Shown here: positions 56,633-64,000 of the stretch, piece by piece
Numbering within the stretch: position 1 is the stretch's first letter
Layout: each line of letters opens with the position of its first letter
Assembly (NCBI GenBank): GCA_038127845.1
Contig: JAYPIL010000002.1
Span: forward strand, 2,572-66,571
DNA: 64,000 nucleotides
Direction: 5' to 3'
Origin: Poseidonia sp.
GTDB lineage: Archaea > Thermoplasmatota > Poseidoniia > Poseidoniales > Poseidoniaceae
Notes under the pieces: model-generated
Seen by the model: only the letters and a program-made list of their open reading frames with translations
Told to the model about the DNA's origin: nothing
The model's database searches: none
Made by a program: the position numbers and the translations under genes

Positions 56633-57718
56633 TCAAGACGAGGGATGGTCTCCCGGAGATGACGTGTCCTCCACGCTCCACGACGACGAATCAAATCGGT
56701 CATCTCCGTCCCACACAAGGGATTGGCCGGTACTCATGAACAAACCCGTCTGCCCGCCCCACGCGACCTTGAAGACATCAGCGGGAGCGACCTCGTCAAG
56801 TTGCGTGTATCTTAGACGGAGCACGCCCTGACCGTCAGCAAGTCCGTTGAGTTGTCCCACACCGAGAAAACCTGCTTGACCAAGGTCGACGATGTGCGTG
56901 GCATTGCCCTGTTCTTGGTTGGTTGGATCTCCCGTAAAAATGGAGAGGGATTGACCGGAAAGGACACCTTCCTGCAGCAAGACATTGGATGATGTTGAGC
57001 CGGAAGTGTGGTTGAGCGACCATCCCTTAAGGGCAACAGCGAAGTCGTTTGGATTGAACACTTCAACCCACTCTGGACCGTTCGCAGATGGGCGAGTCAT
57101 CACCTCCGTCAAGTGGAGTTGGTTGGCTTTTCGGCCACCGTCGTGAACTTCGAGAACCACTCGAATCAGCTCTCCTTCCTGTTGGAACGAACGGTAGGAC
57201 GTGGAGGAGGATGGTGCGGATGTTCGGTCGGTCCCACCACGGAACAGGAGTTCACCGACCCGAGAAGCATTGTTGCTTTCAACCACTTGAATGGTCAAAT
57301 GCAGCGACATGTCGTCGGCCAAACCAAGTCCTTGCGCCATGCCTTCCTCCGTAACGTTGTGAAGGGCCTCAATTCGGTCCATATCAAGCCGATGCGCGAG
57401 AAGCAAACCCGGCTGAACCCGGCCGTTGTCGAGGGATGCTGCATCGTGAAGATGCCAATCCTCCGTGGCGTTGCCGTAGTCAAGCCCTCCGTCCATGGGA
57501 ACGAACCAGCCCGGCCCCGAAGTCAATCGGTCCAATCCAACCGCAGCCGCACGGTCGAGACGGTCAACGTCAGGGTCGTTGGAACCCATTTGCAATTGGG
57601 CCAACGAGAGAAAGGCGGTGAGGATCATCAAAAACAAGGTAAATGCAGAAAGAAATTCAATCACGGCGGTGAGACCTCCCTCATCCCGTTCGGTTTGAGC
57701 GAACGAGGGGTTCCGCAT
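56633..57718 (-). CDS. TadE/pseudopilin-like N-terminal anchor protein with a C-terminal lamin-tail domain (LTD)
   Basis: 361 aa. The N-terminus ERDEGGLTAVIEFLSAFTLFLMILTAFLSL resembles TadE/class III signal-peptide pilin N-termini (G-x-x-A-V-I-E-F followed by a hydrophobic helix). The C-terminal EWVEVFNPNDFAVALKGWSL...VLRL matches the LTD pattern. Confidence 0.6.
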   Translation of the reverse strand: MRNPSFAQTERDEGGLTAVIEFLSAFTLFLMILTAFLSLAQLQMGSNDPDVDRLDRAAAVGLDRLTSGPGWFVPMDGGLDYGNATEDWHLHDAASLDNGRVQPGLLLAHRLDMDRIEALHNVTEEGMAQGLGLADDMSLHLTIQVVESNNASRVGELLFRGGTDRTSAPSSSTSYRSFQQEGELIRVVLEVHDGGRKANQLHLTEVMTRPSANGPEWVEVFNPNDFAVALKGWSLNHTSGSTSSNVLLQEGVLSGQSLSIFTGDPTNQEQGNATHIVDLGQAGFLGVGQLNGLADGQGVLRLRYTQLDEVAPADVFKVAWGGQTGLFMSTGQSLVWDGDDRFDSSSWSVEDTSSPGDHPSS

Positions 57719-57875
57719 GGACCTACCAAGCCCTTGCGCTTCATGAGGTTGTTGCTGACGAAGAGCACGTCAACGGCGTCTGATGAAAACGAGGCTCGCT
57801 CCTGATGCCTTAAACACGATAAAAAAGGGCCTCCAAAGCGATGAGTCTTTGAAGCACGGATGCGAGGGAGTCTTG

Positions 57876-60824
57876 ATGAGCGAGCGAAAGCAATGCAACA
57901 AATCGCAGAAACGAGCGGGTTTGGGCTTCGTGCTCATGCTTCTTCTTTCATCGCTCGGGGCACTGGCCGTGTCTCCGACAGCGAGCGCTGCCGTATCGGG
58001 TTCTCTCGGTATCACGACGAGTTCCAGCCCGGCCCCCGACGGATGGTACAACTCCATGGACGCCATCGAATTCACCGCAGAGGTGACCAACCACTACCTC
58101 TCACCATCTGGAGCCACCCGGACCTTGACATGGTATGCTTGCTCAGGAGAAGTGGACGAGGCGGACTGCAGGTCCGTCTTCTCTGCCACCGGTTCATTTG
58201 CGATGCAAAACATCAACGGAAACAGCACGCTTACCGTCCCATCGCCCAGTTCATGGACACCGGGTGGCTCTGCAAATGGCATCTTCACCATCCTGTATTC
58301 GTTCTCCAACAACGACCAAGACGCCACCGATGACGTGTTGTTGTTCAACATCAACCTCACGCCCAACTACGTCGATGCAACCGTTCAGAAGAACCACAAC
58401 CCCCTCGAACACCTCGAAAACCTCTCCACCTACGCCAACGAACGGGTCTTGAACACCGGGACCGATTATGTCCTCAAAACCAAAGGCGAAGCCACCATTT
58501 GCTCCGTGTGTGCGTTCACCGGGGAATTTGGATGGCAGCTTTGGGATCTGGACGAAACGATGTTGCTGAAAGAAGCCTATCGCTCGGTGAGCAACCTGCC
58601 GGCTTGGGGCGGCCCCTCGCCGTTCAACATGAATCTGCCCGAATTCAATTTTAACCAAGAAGGGCGATTCCTGCTCAAGCACGGCTTGTTCAACAGCACA
58701 GGAAACCCCTACGGCGACCTCAATCCAAACAACGACCTCGCAACGTTTGAACTGGTCCTCAACGACAGCATTGACTTGAAGGTCGTCAATGTCTATCCGA
58801 GCCACAGCGCTCAATCCTCCTCGTTCTATTACGGCACAGAACGCATCGTCGCCGAAATCGCCAACGTTGGCAACACGACGGTTGAATCGATCACGGCGTC
58901 CTTCCAAGTCTACGACCAACAGTACGAGTTGGAAGTTTCCGATTCCTGTGACATTGACATCATGCACCCCGGCGCAACCGAAACATGTCGCTTCAACTTG
59001 ACCACCACCGGAGCCTCACGTTTGCTACGGGTCCAACTCCCGACGATTTACACCATCGGCGAAGACGTACGGATGGGAGACAACCTCTACTCCATCACCA
59101 CCAACGTGGACGTCGGCCCCATCAACGCCAACATCCAGATCAATTCCGACGAAAAGGTGTTCTTGAGCACAGACCATGTTGAGTTGGTGGGCCGATTCAG
59201 TGACGTGGCATCTCAGCCGCTCAATTACACGTGGAGAGAAGGATTCTACACTTGGGGCCACGGACAAATACTCAACCTCACCGGGGAGACCTTCGGGCTC
59301 GGGCCGCACAACATCTCCGTTCAAATCCAAGACCCTTGGGGCAACACCGATTACGCCTACGTTGAATTTGATGTTCTCAATTCCGTCAACATCAGCCATG
59401 AGCCTTATTGGACCGGTACGGCAACAACCGACAAAGAAGTGACCTTTGCACACGAAATCATGTTGCCTCACCTTGGCGTCTCGTACAACATCGGACAAGG
59501 GAAATCCCCTCTGATGCTCATCGATCTGGCGCTCGAAGGCACCAACGGAGAGGACAACGGCCTGCGGGCCATGAACCTCGACCTCAATCTCTCAGCCATC
59601 CTCCCGGACAACATCGACCTCTCAACCGTCGACCTTCGCTACCTTCCCGACACGGAAAGCCAACTTTGGACCTACATCGAAGGCGAGGATTCCTTCACCT
59701 ACGACCCGTTCGCTGAAACGATGTCGTTGACGATGACCAAAGACGGTGTCATCCTCATCATCGGCGTCCTCCCCGACGCCAACGTGACGGCCACGAACTT
59801 TGAGTGGACACAACGCAAAGGCGGCCAAATTCAACTTGATTGGGAGACACAAGGGGACATCACCAACCCTTACGTCGGCGGCTGGAAGATGTTCAAGATT
59901 CAAGGCATTGCAGGAACGACGGTTTTCCCAGACCCCGCTCTGGGCGTAAGCGATGCCATTTGGGAAGAACTTACGCTCAACACCTTGGTCGATACGCTCG
60001 AGCTCTCCTCGACGCAATGGATTGACCCTGCCTTCCTCGAAACGGGCATCTGCGCCTCCTATGCCATTGCGCCCATCGACCGGGAAGGTCTGCCAAACTA
60101 CGACATGATCAACATCACACGGGTCAACGGAGCGGCAGGGCTGCTGTGTGGGGACGCCATTCCTCCGTCCACCAGCGTTGAGCAATTTTCCCATACGTGG
60201 TTGTTTACCAACAGCACAGCGTGCTTTGACCTCTACAAAGATTGGTCGTCCTGCTACGAGGTCACCCTCTCGTGGACGTGGCCGGACCACGAGGCCCAAG
60301 GAAACGTCACGTGGAACTTGTACAGAATAGAATATGCCCCAGACAATGTGAATTTGAAATTCATTGAGCCCATTGCAGAAGGCCTCACGGGTGTGCCGGG
60401 TGAGTCCGGTACGTTCTCGCAGGACGGCATGGAAACCGATGGCATCCGCCCCTACCGGACCTACTACTACATCCTCGCCCCAATCGACAGCGTCGGAAAC
60501 GAATTGTTGCTGGCCAGTTACCCGTCTCCCAACATCGAACGCGTGCACATCGACGATGACTGGTGGACATACAACCAGCACGTGATTCCTCCAGAGCCGG
60601 AACCACCGGAGCCACCCCTTGGCATTCCTTGGTTGCAGAAATTGAACGATGCAACGCAGGTTTCTGAATTCCAGTTGGCTGGCGTGGTCATGTTGGCGAC
60701 CATTTTGCTGAACTTCATCCTCTTGCCACTCATTCTGAAAAAGCGTAAGCGATTGAAGCGTATCATGGAAGCACGCAAGCGAAACGTGGCTGCTTCGACG
60801 GAGTTTGACGACTTCTTTGAGTGA
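57876..60824 (+). CDS. Large secreted surface protein (CARDB-like and FN3-like modules) with a C-terminal TM anchor
   Basis: ATG 57876 gives MSERKQCNKSQKRAGLGFVLMLLLSSLGALAVSPTASA (signal peptide); the track start is 57783. IDLKVVNVYP...IVAEIANVGNTTVESITASFQVY is CARDB-like. VTLSWTWPD...WNLYRIEY...YRTYYYILAPIDSVGNE is FN3-like. The terminal LAGVVMLATILLNFILLPLILKKRKRLKR is a TM anchor plus basic tail. Confidence 0.6.
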   Translation: MSERKQCNKSQKRAGLGFVLMLLLSSLGALAVSPTASAAVSGSLGITTSSSPAPDGWYNSMDAIEFTAEVTNHYLSPSGATRTLTWYACSGEVDEADCRSVFSATGSFAMQNINGNSTLTVPSPSSWTPGGSANGIFTILYSFSNNDQDATDDVLLFNINLTPNYVDATVQKNHNPLEHLENLSTYANERVLNTGTDYVLKTKGEATICSVCAFTGEFGWQLWDLDETMLLKEAYRSVSNLPAWGGPSPFNMNLPEFNFNQEGRFLLKHGLFNSTGNPYGDLNPNNDLATFELVLNDSIDLKVVNVYPSHSAQSSSFYYGTERIVAEIANVGNTTVESITASFQVYDQQYELEVSDSCDIDIMHPGATETCRFNLTTTGASRLLRVQLPTIYTIGEDVRMGDNLYSITTNVDVGPINANIQINSDEKVFLSTDHVELVGRFSDVASQPLNYTWREGFYTWGHGQILNLTGETFGLGPHNISVQIQDPWGNTDYAYVEFDVLNSVNISHEPYWTGTATTDKEVTFAHEIMLPHLGVSYNIGQGKSPLMLIDLALEGTNGEDNGLRAMNLDLNLSAILPDNIDLSTVDLRYLPDTESQLWTYIEGEDSFTYDPFAETMSLTMTKDGVILIIGVLPDANVTATNFEWTQRKGGQIQLDWETQGDITNPYVGGWKMFKIQGIAGTTVFPDPALGVSDAIWEELTLNTLVDTLELSSTQWIDPAFLETGICASYAIAPIDREGLPNYDMINITRVNGAAGLLCGDAIPPSTSVEQFSHTWLFTNSTACFDLYKDWSSCYEVTLSWTWPDHEAQGNVTWNLYRIEYAPDNVNLKFIEPIAEGLTGVPGESGTFSQDGMETDGIRPYRTYYYILAPIDSVGNELLLASYPSPNIERVHIDDDWWTYNQHVIPPEPEPPEPPLGIPWLQKLNDATQVSEFQLAGVVMLATILLNFILLPLILKKRKRLKRIMEARKRNVAASTEFDDFFE

Positions 60825-60825
60825 T

Positions 60826-60912
60826 TGGCGCGGCAGGGGAGATTCGAACTCCCGAGGTGAGACACCACCGGATTAGCAATCCGGCGCAATGGCCAGGCTA
60901 TGCGACTGCCGC
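60826..60912 (-). tRNA. tRNA-Ser (anticodon GCU), class II with a long variable arm, 3' CCA encoded
   Basis: The reverse complement folds by hand: acceptor GCGGCAG/CTGCCGC, D-arm GCA-TAGCCTGGCCAT-TGC, anticodon stem CCGGA/TCCGG with loop TTGCTAA (GCT), variable arm TGGTGTCTCACCTC (GGTG/CACC stem), T-arm GGGAG-TTCGAAT-CTCCC, discriminator G, then CCA. Confidence 0.9.
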
Positions 60913-60985
60913 TTGTAACTGGGCGACCTGTGAACTTCACATGAACATGACGGTGGCGAACGCAGCTCAAAAGCGCCGAGTGAGC

Positions 60986-61996
60986 CTACAGTGGGCCAAG
61001 GAAACCAAGCCATTCCTCGGGGATGAAAATGATCAGAACCAACGACAAGAACATCCAGCCGAGATAGAAGAGACTTCTGAAGAAGGACGTCGCTGCTTTC
61101 GGCATGCGACCGTTTTCATCGAAGGGCTCCAACGGGTCAATGGCCCAGACCGATTGAGCGTACCACAACGTGAGGCCACCGGAGACGAAGGCCCAGAGCA
61201 AGGGGAGACCCGATTCTGGCCAAAAACAAGGCACGGAGCCCAGCATAAACAGGAAAACACAGTACATCTTGGATTGCTTGACGGTGTATTCAGGCCCCTT
61301 CACCTCGTTCATCATCGGGATGTTGACTTTACCATACTCACCAGACCTGTACAGGGCCAGCGCCCAAAAGTGTGGGGGGGTCCAGAGGAAAATGAGGAAA
61401 AACAGCATCCACGGGATGGGCGACCCGAGATCAAACATGTTGGCGTTGGCAATGGATGGCCCTGCTGCTGCAGCCCAGCCAATCAAGGGAGGTGTTGAGC
61501 CAGCAATACCGCCGATGACGATGTTTTGAGGGGTGCGACGCTTCAACCAAATGGAATAAATGAACACGTAAAACAACACCGAAAACGCTGACCAAAAGGC
61601 TGCCTTCACGCTCACGAGGAGGAACAACGCCGAGCCCAAAACAGCGATGATGGAGCCAAACACCAAGGCAAACATTGGTGTGGCATGCCCGAGAGGAATC
61701 GGCCGGTTCATCGTTCGACGCATGTGAGGGTCAATGTCCGCATCGTACCACATGTTGATGGCGTTCGATCCTCCAGCGGAAAGGGTCCCACCTACCAGGG
61801 TGATGCAGGCCACATAGAGTGTATCCCCCCACGTTCGCTGGACATCAATGGCACCGTACCTTGCCAGCGTGTCATGGACGATAATGGCGCACAGAGCCGT
61901 GATCTGGAGCAGAACGATGACCCTCAATTTCATCAATTGCGTCATAACCTTGAGCAGGCCGGGTGATGCGTTTGATGGAGCGACGGTTTCGCTCAT
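60986..61996 (-). CDS. ctaB: Protoheme IX farnesyltransferase (heme O synthase)
   Basis: 336 aa. GGSNAINMWYDADIDPHMRRTMNRPIP, multiple TM segments, and WTPPHFWALAL typical of CyoE/CtaB. ATGA overlap with the ctaA stop. Confidence 0.9.
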   Translation of the reverse strand: MSETVAPSNASPGLLKVMTQLMKLRVIVLLQITALCAIIVHDTLARYGAIDVQRTWGDTLYVACITLVGGTLSAGGSNAINMWYDADIDPHMRRTMNRPIPLGHATPMFALVFGSIIAVLGSALFLLVSVKAAFWSAFSVLFYVFIYSIWLKRRTPQNIVIGGIAGSTPPLIGWAAAAGPSIANANMFDLGSPIPWMLFFLIFLWTPPHFWALALYRSGEYGKVNIPMMNEVKGPEYTVKQSKMYCVFLFMLGSVPCFWPESGLPLLWAFVSGGLTLWYAQSVWAIDPLEPFDENGRMPKAATSFFRSLFYLGWMFLSLVLIIFIPEEWLGFLGPL

Positions 61997-63099
61997 TCCT
62001 GCTCAACCCCTACGCTTGAAGCCGTGGAATGCGAGTCCAGTGTGCCCATAACATCCAGCCCGAATCGAGCAAATCGAGCGCTGAATGTCGTGTGAACGGC
62101 TGCCAAAAACGCGGACACGCCCACCACGAGGTGCATGAGTGAAAGCCATTCTGGGAAGTCACCCACTTTCGCAAACACAACGTAAGAGCCACCGACGACG
62201 ACGTTGAGCATCCAAAGCCCGGTGGTGATTTCTGCTGACCGCAGGATGGCCGCAGTGCCCGCTTGGTTCTCGGAGGACATTCGCATGTTGCTGATGCTCA
62301 GCACCAAGACAAGCCCAACGACGAGTGCTCCAAATCGATGAATCATTTGAATGAAAATACCCGGGCCATCCAACGACGGAAGGAAGGAACCTTGGCACTT
62401 TGGCCAGCCGTTCGGGAAACCAACCGAACAGCTCTGGTTGTATTGTCCTCCGGCAGATGAAGACACCCATGCGCCCAAGACCAACAACAGGCCAACCGCA
62501 GCGGTGATGCCGTAAATTCGCTTCATGTGGGCTTCAAGAAAACGAACCGGTGTGGCCATCATTTCCCACTGTGCGCCCTCTCGGAGGCGCATGGCCATGT
62601 ATTGCCACATCAAGCCGGCCGTGAAGATACAGGCCAAGGACAGGTGAAGGGCAACCGTCCAGTCAGCGTTGTCAAAAACGACGGTGATGAAACCTGCCGC
62701 CCCCTGAATCAACAACATCACGGCAGAAAACACAGCTGCTCTCGAGATGGGAATGCCGTAGACCTTCTGTTGCCGCCGAGTCATGAGCACGTTGAGAAGG
62801 ATGGGAATCGCAATGATTCCGACAAGCAAACGGTGAAACCACTCAACAAAAATCTGGAAAATCGTGTACCGGTGGTCGGGGCCCCTCGAGTCAACCTGTT
62901 CGGGGTTGTCCGCCCAGTAGGCTGCTTGGTCGTCTTCGGACACCACGAAGTGCCATGTACCGAAGCATGTGGGCCACTCGGGGCACGACTCGCCAGCATC
63001 GTTGATTCGAATCGAACCACCGACAACAACGATGAGCAGGGCCATCACAACAAGAAGCAAAGGCAACGCGGACGGCCGACGCCACCATGAAGCCTCCAT
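61993..63099 (-). CDS. ctaA: Heme A synthase (CtaA/COX15 family)
   Basis: GESCPEWPTCFG (Cys pair), conserved His residues in TM helices (EWFHRL, MIHRFGA, LMHLVVG). The track start is TTG 63162. ATG 63099 (MEASWWRRPSALPLLL) leaves a 75-bp divergent spacer. Confidence 0.8.
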   Translation of the reverse strand: MEASWWRRPSALPLLLVVMALLIVVVGGSIRINDAGESCPEWPTCFGTWHFVVSEDDQAAYWADNPEQVDSRGPDHRYTIFQIFVEWFHRLLVGIIAIPILLNVLMTRRQQKVYGIPISRAAVFSAVMLLIQGAAGFITVVFDNADWTVALHLSLACIFTAGLMWQYMAMRLREGAQWEMMATPVRFLEAHMKRIYGITAAVGLLLVLGAWVSSSAGGQYNQSCSVGFPNGWPKCQGSFLPSLDGPGIFIQMIHRFGALVVGLVLVLSISNMRMSSENQAGTAAILRSAEITTGLWMLNVVVGGSYVVFAKVGDFPEWLSLMHLVVGVSAFLAAVHTTFSARFARFGLDVMGTLDSHSTASSVGVEQE

Positions 63100-63174
63100 G
63101 GAAGGATGTGAGAGCAGACCCCTTTTGAACAAATGCCTCGCCCCCTGTGCATGGGTTCCCAACGGTGGAAGACG

Positions 63175-64000
63175 ATGGTAGCCCTCATCGTCCTCATGAT
63201 GTTCTCCAGCACGACGCTGGCTGAAACGGGACAGGATGGCCTTGTAGAAGGCAATGATGGTTCCCTTCTCGATGTCCGGATTGTCTCCTCATCATGTTTC
63301 ATGAACGCCTCGTGCACCATCAGCCAACCCGTCCACTTGGTGGAGTATTTCAGCGCCGATTGGTGTGAGCCTTGTGAAGAGGTCTCAGCCCAACTTCAGA
63401 CGCTGGACGCCAACCAAACGACGATCTTGCAACATCACGCTTCTCCAGCGGATGAAACCTTCCTCTCCGCCTCCAAAATACGGTTTGAACAAGAATACAG
63501 GTTGCTGTTCATTCCTTCGTTGGTGGTCGATGGAACCCACCTCTTCACCGGCACACGGCAAGCCATGGACGTGAACACCGTGTTGAACAACACCACGGAA
63601 CCGAACACGTCGCTCGATTCACTCTCGGTTTCGGGACACAATCTGTCGTGGAACGATGAGTTGGGAGGTGAAATTCGCGTGTGGTATGCCGAACCAACCC
63701 CCCATACAGAACGGGATGCTGTTCACCCATCGTTGGCTCGAACCATGCTTCAGGTCAACGCATCTGCGGGTACACTCTCGGTCGAATCCATCGACATCAC
63801 GAACGAGGGTTTCTTTGTGGTCATGCTCGAGCAGCCTGGGGTTAAACCGCTGACTGTGGCGTCGCAAGCACCGACGGGTTCAATGGATTTGAGTGAAAAC
63901 GAGGCGACAACCCTCCCCAGCGAATCGACCTCTGCAGCACCTGGGGCGCTCATTCTCGTCGTCACCCTTGCGTTGGTGCTGATGGTGCTTCCCGCGCTCG
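63175..64000 (+). CDS. Secreted thioredoxin-fold CxxC protein, probably C-terminally anchored (partial; runs off the right edge, absent from the ORF track)
   Basis: Manual translation from ATG 63175 (GGTGGA ribosome-binding site): MVALIVLMMFSSTTLAETGQ...PVHLVEYFSADWCEPCEEVSAQL...FIPSLVVDGTHLF...SAAPGALILVVTLALVLMVLPAL. It has a signal peptide, a WCxPC redox motif and a terminal hydrophobic segment. The frame is open to position 64000. Confidence 0.55.
   Translation, partial: MVALIVLMMFSSTTLAETGQDGLVEGNDGSLLDVRIVSSSCFMNASCTISQPVHLVEYFSADWCEPCEEVSAQLQTLDANQTTILQHHASPADETFLSASKIRFEQEYRLLFIPSLVVDGTHLFTGTRQAMDVNTVLNNTTEPNTSLDSLSVSGHNLSWNDELGGEIRVWYAEPTPHTERDAVHPSLARTMLQVNASAGTLSVESIDITNEGFFVVMLEQPGVKPLTVASQAPTGSMDLSENEATTLPSESTSAAPGALILVVTLALVLMVLPAL

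Overview
This window is a very compact archaeal chromosomal segment. Most spacers are under 130 bp; the two longest are 296 bp (4064-4359) and 229 bp (31543-31771). I found no rRNA genes, CRISPR arrays, transposases, integrases or large nucleotide repeats.

Recognisable genes:
- gyrB-gyrA. gyrA is cut by the left edge, so it is missing from the ORF track.
- aroD, a Tmk-like kinase, a class II (bacterial-type) CCA/nucleotidyltransferase and an acyl-CoA dehydrogenase.
- Archaeal Hpt, Dph2 and Orc1/Cdc6, then S6e, aIF2-gamma and a PIN protein.
- Class II HMG-CoA reductase, smc-scpA-scpB, nadB and panE.
- A complete A1AO ATP synthase operon in the canonical order atpHIKECFABD.
- A UbiE-like methyltransferase, tRNA-Ser(GCU), ctaB and ctaA.
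- An edge-truncated thioredoxin-like CxxC protein, also missing from the ORF track.
- Many acidic, signal-peptide-bearing, C-terminally membrane-anchored proteins and peptidases: an HExxH/PKD giant, M28 and M61 peptidases, and a CARDB/FN3-like surface protein.

This mix suggests an aerobic, protein-degrading marine Thermoplasmatota-type euryarchaeon (Marine Group II/III-like). That placement is inference only.

The ORF track uses the longest ATG/GTG/TTG ORFs. I trimmed several starts where an ATG with a GGAGG/GAGGTG-type ribosome-binding site lies downstream.

Best candidates for something undescribed:
1. 54382-57718: a TadE/pseudopilin-like protein with a lamin-tail domain, followed by three KaiC/RecA-like paralogues (one intact, two with lost P-loops). 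They head the same strand as the ATP synthase operon and lie divergent to a 1000-aa surface protein.
2. 28341-31542: a translationally coupled trio of an AAA+ ATPase-wHTH, a beta-propeller-like protein and DUF357. It lies next to a palindrome-rich spacer.
3. 42376-44940: a site-2-protease (M50) homologue with both catalytic motifs eroded, fused to a large extracellular domain.
4. A CCCTCCAC(TAT) motif that recurs in several 5' regions.

All functional calls come from motif recognition by eye. No database search was run.
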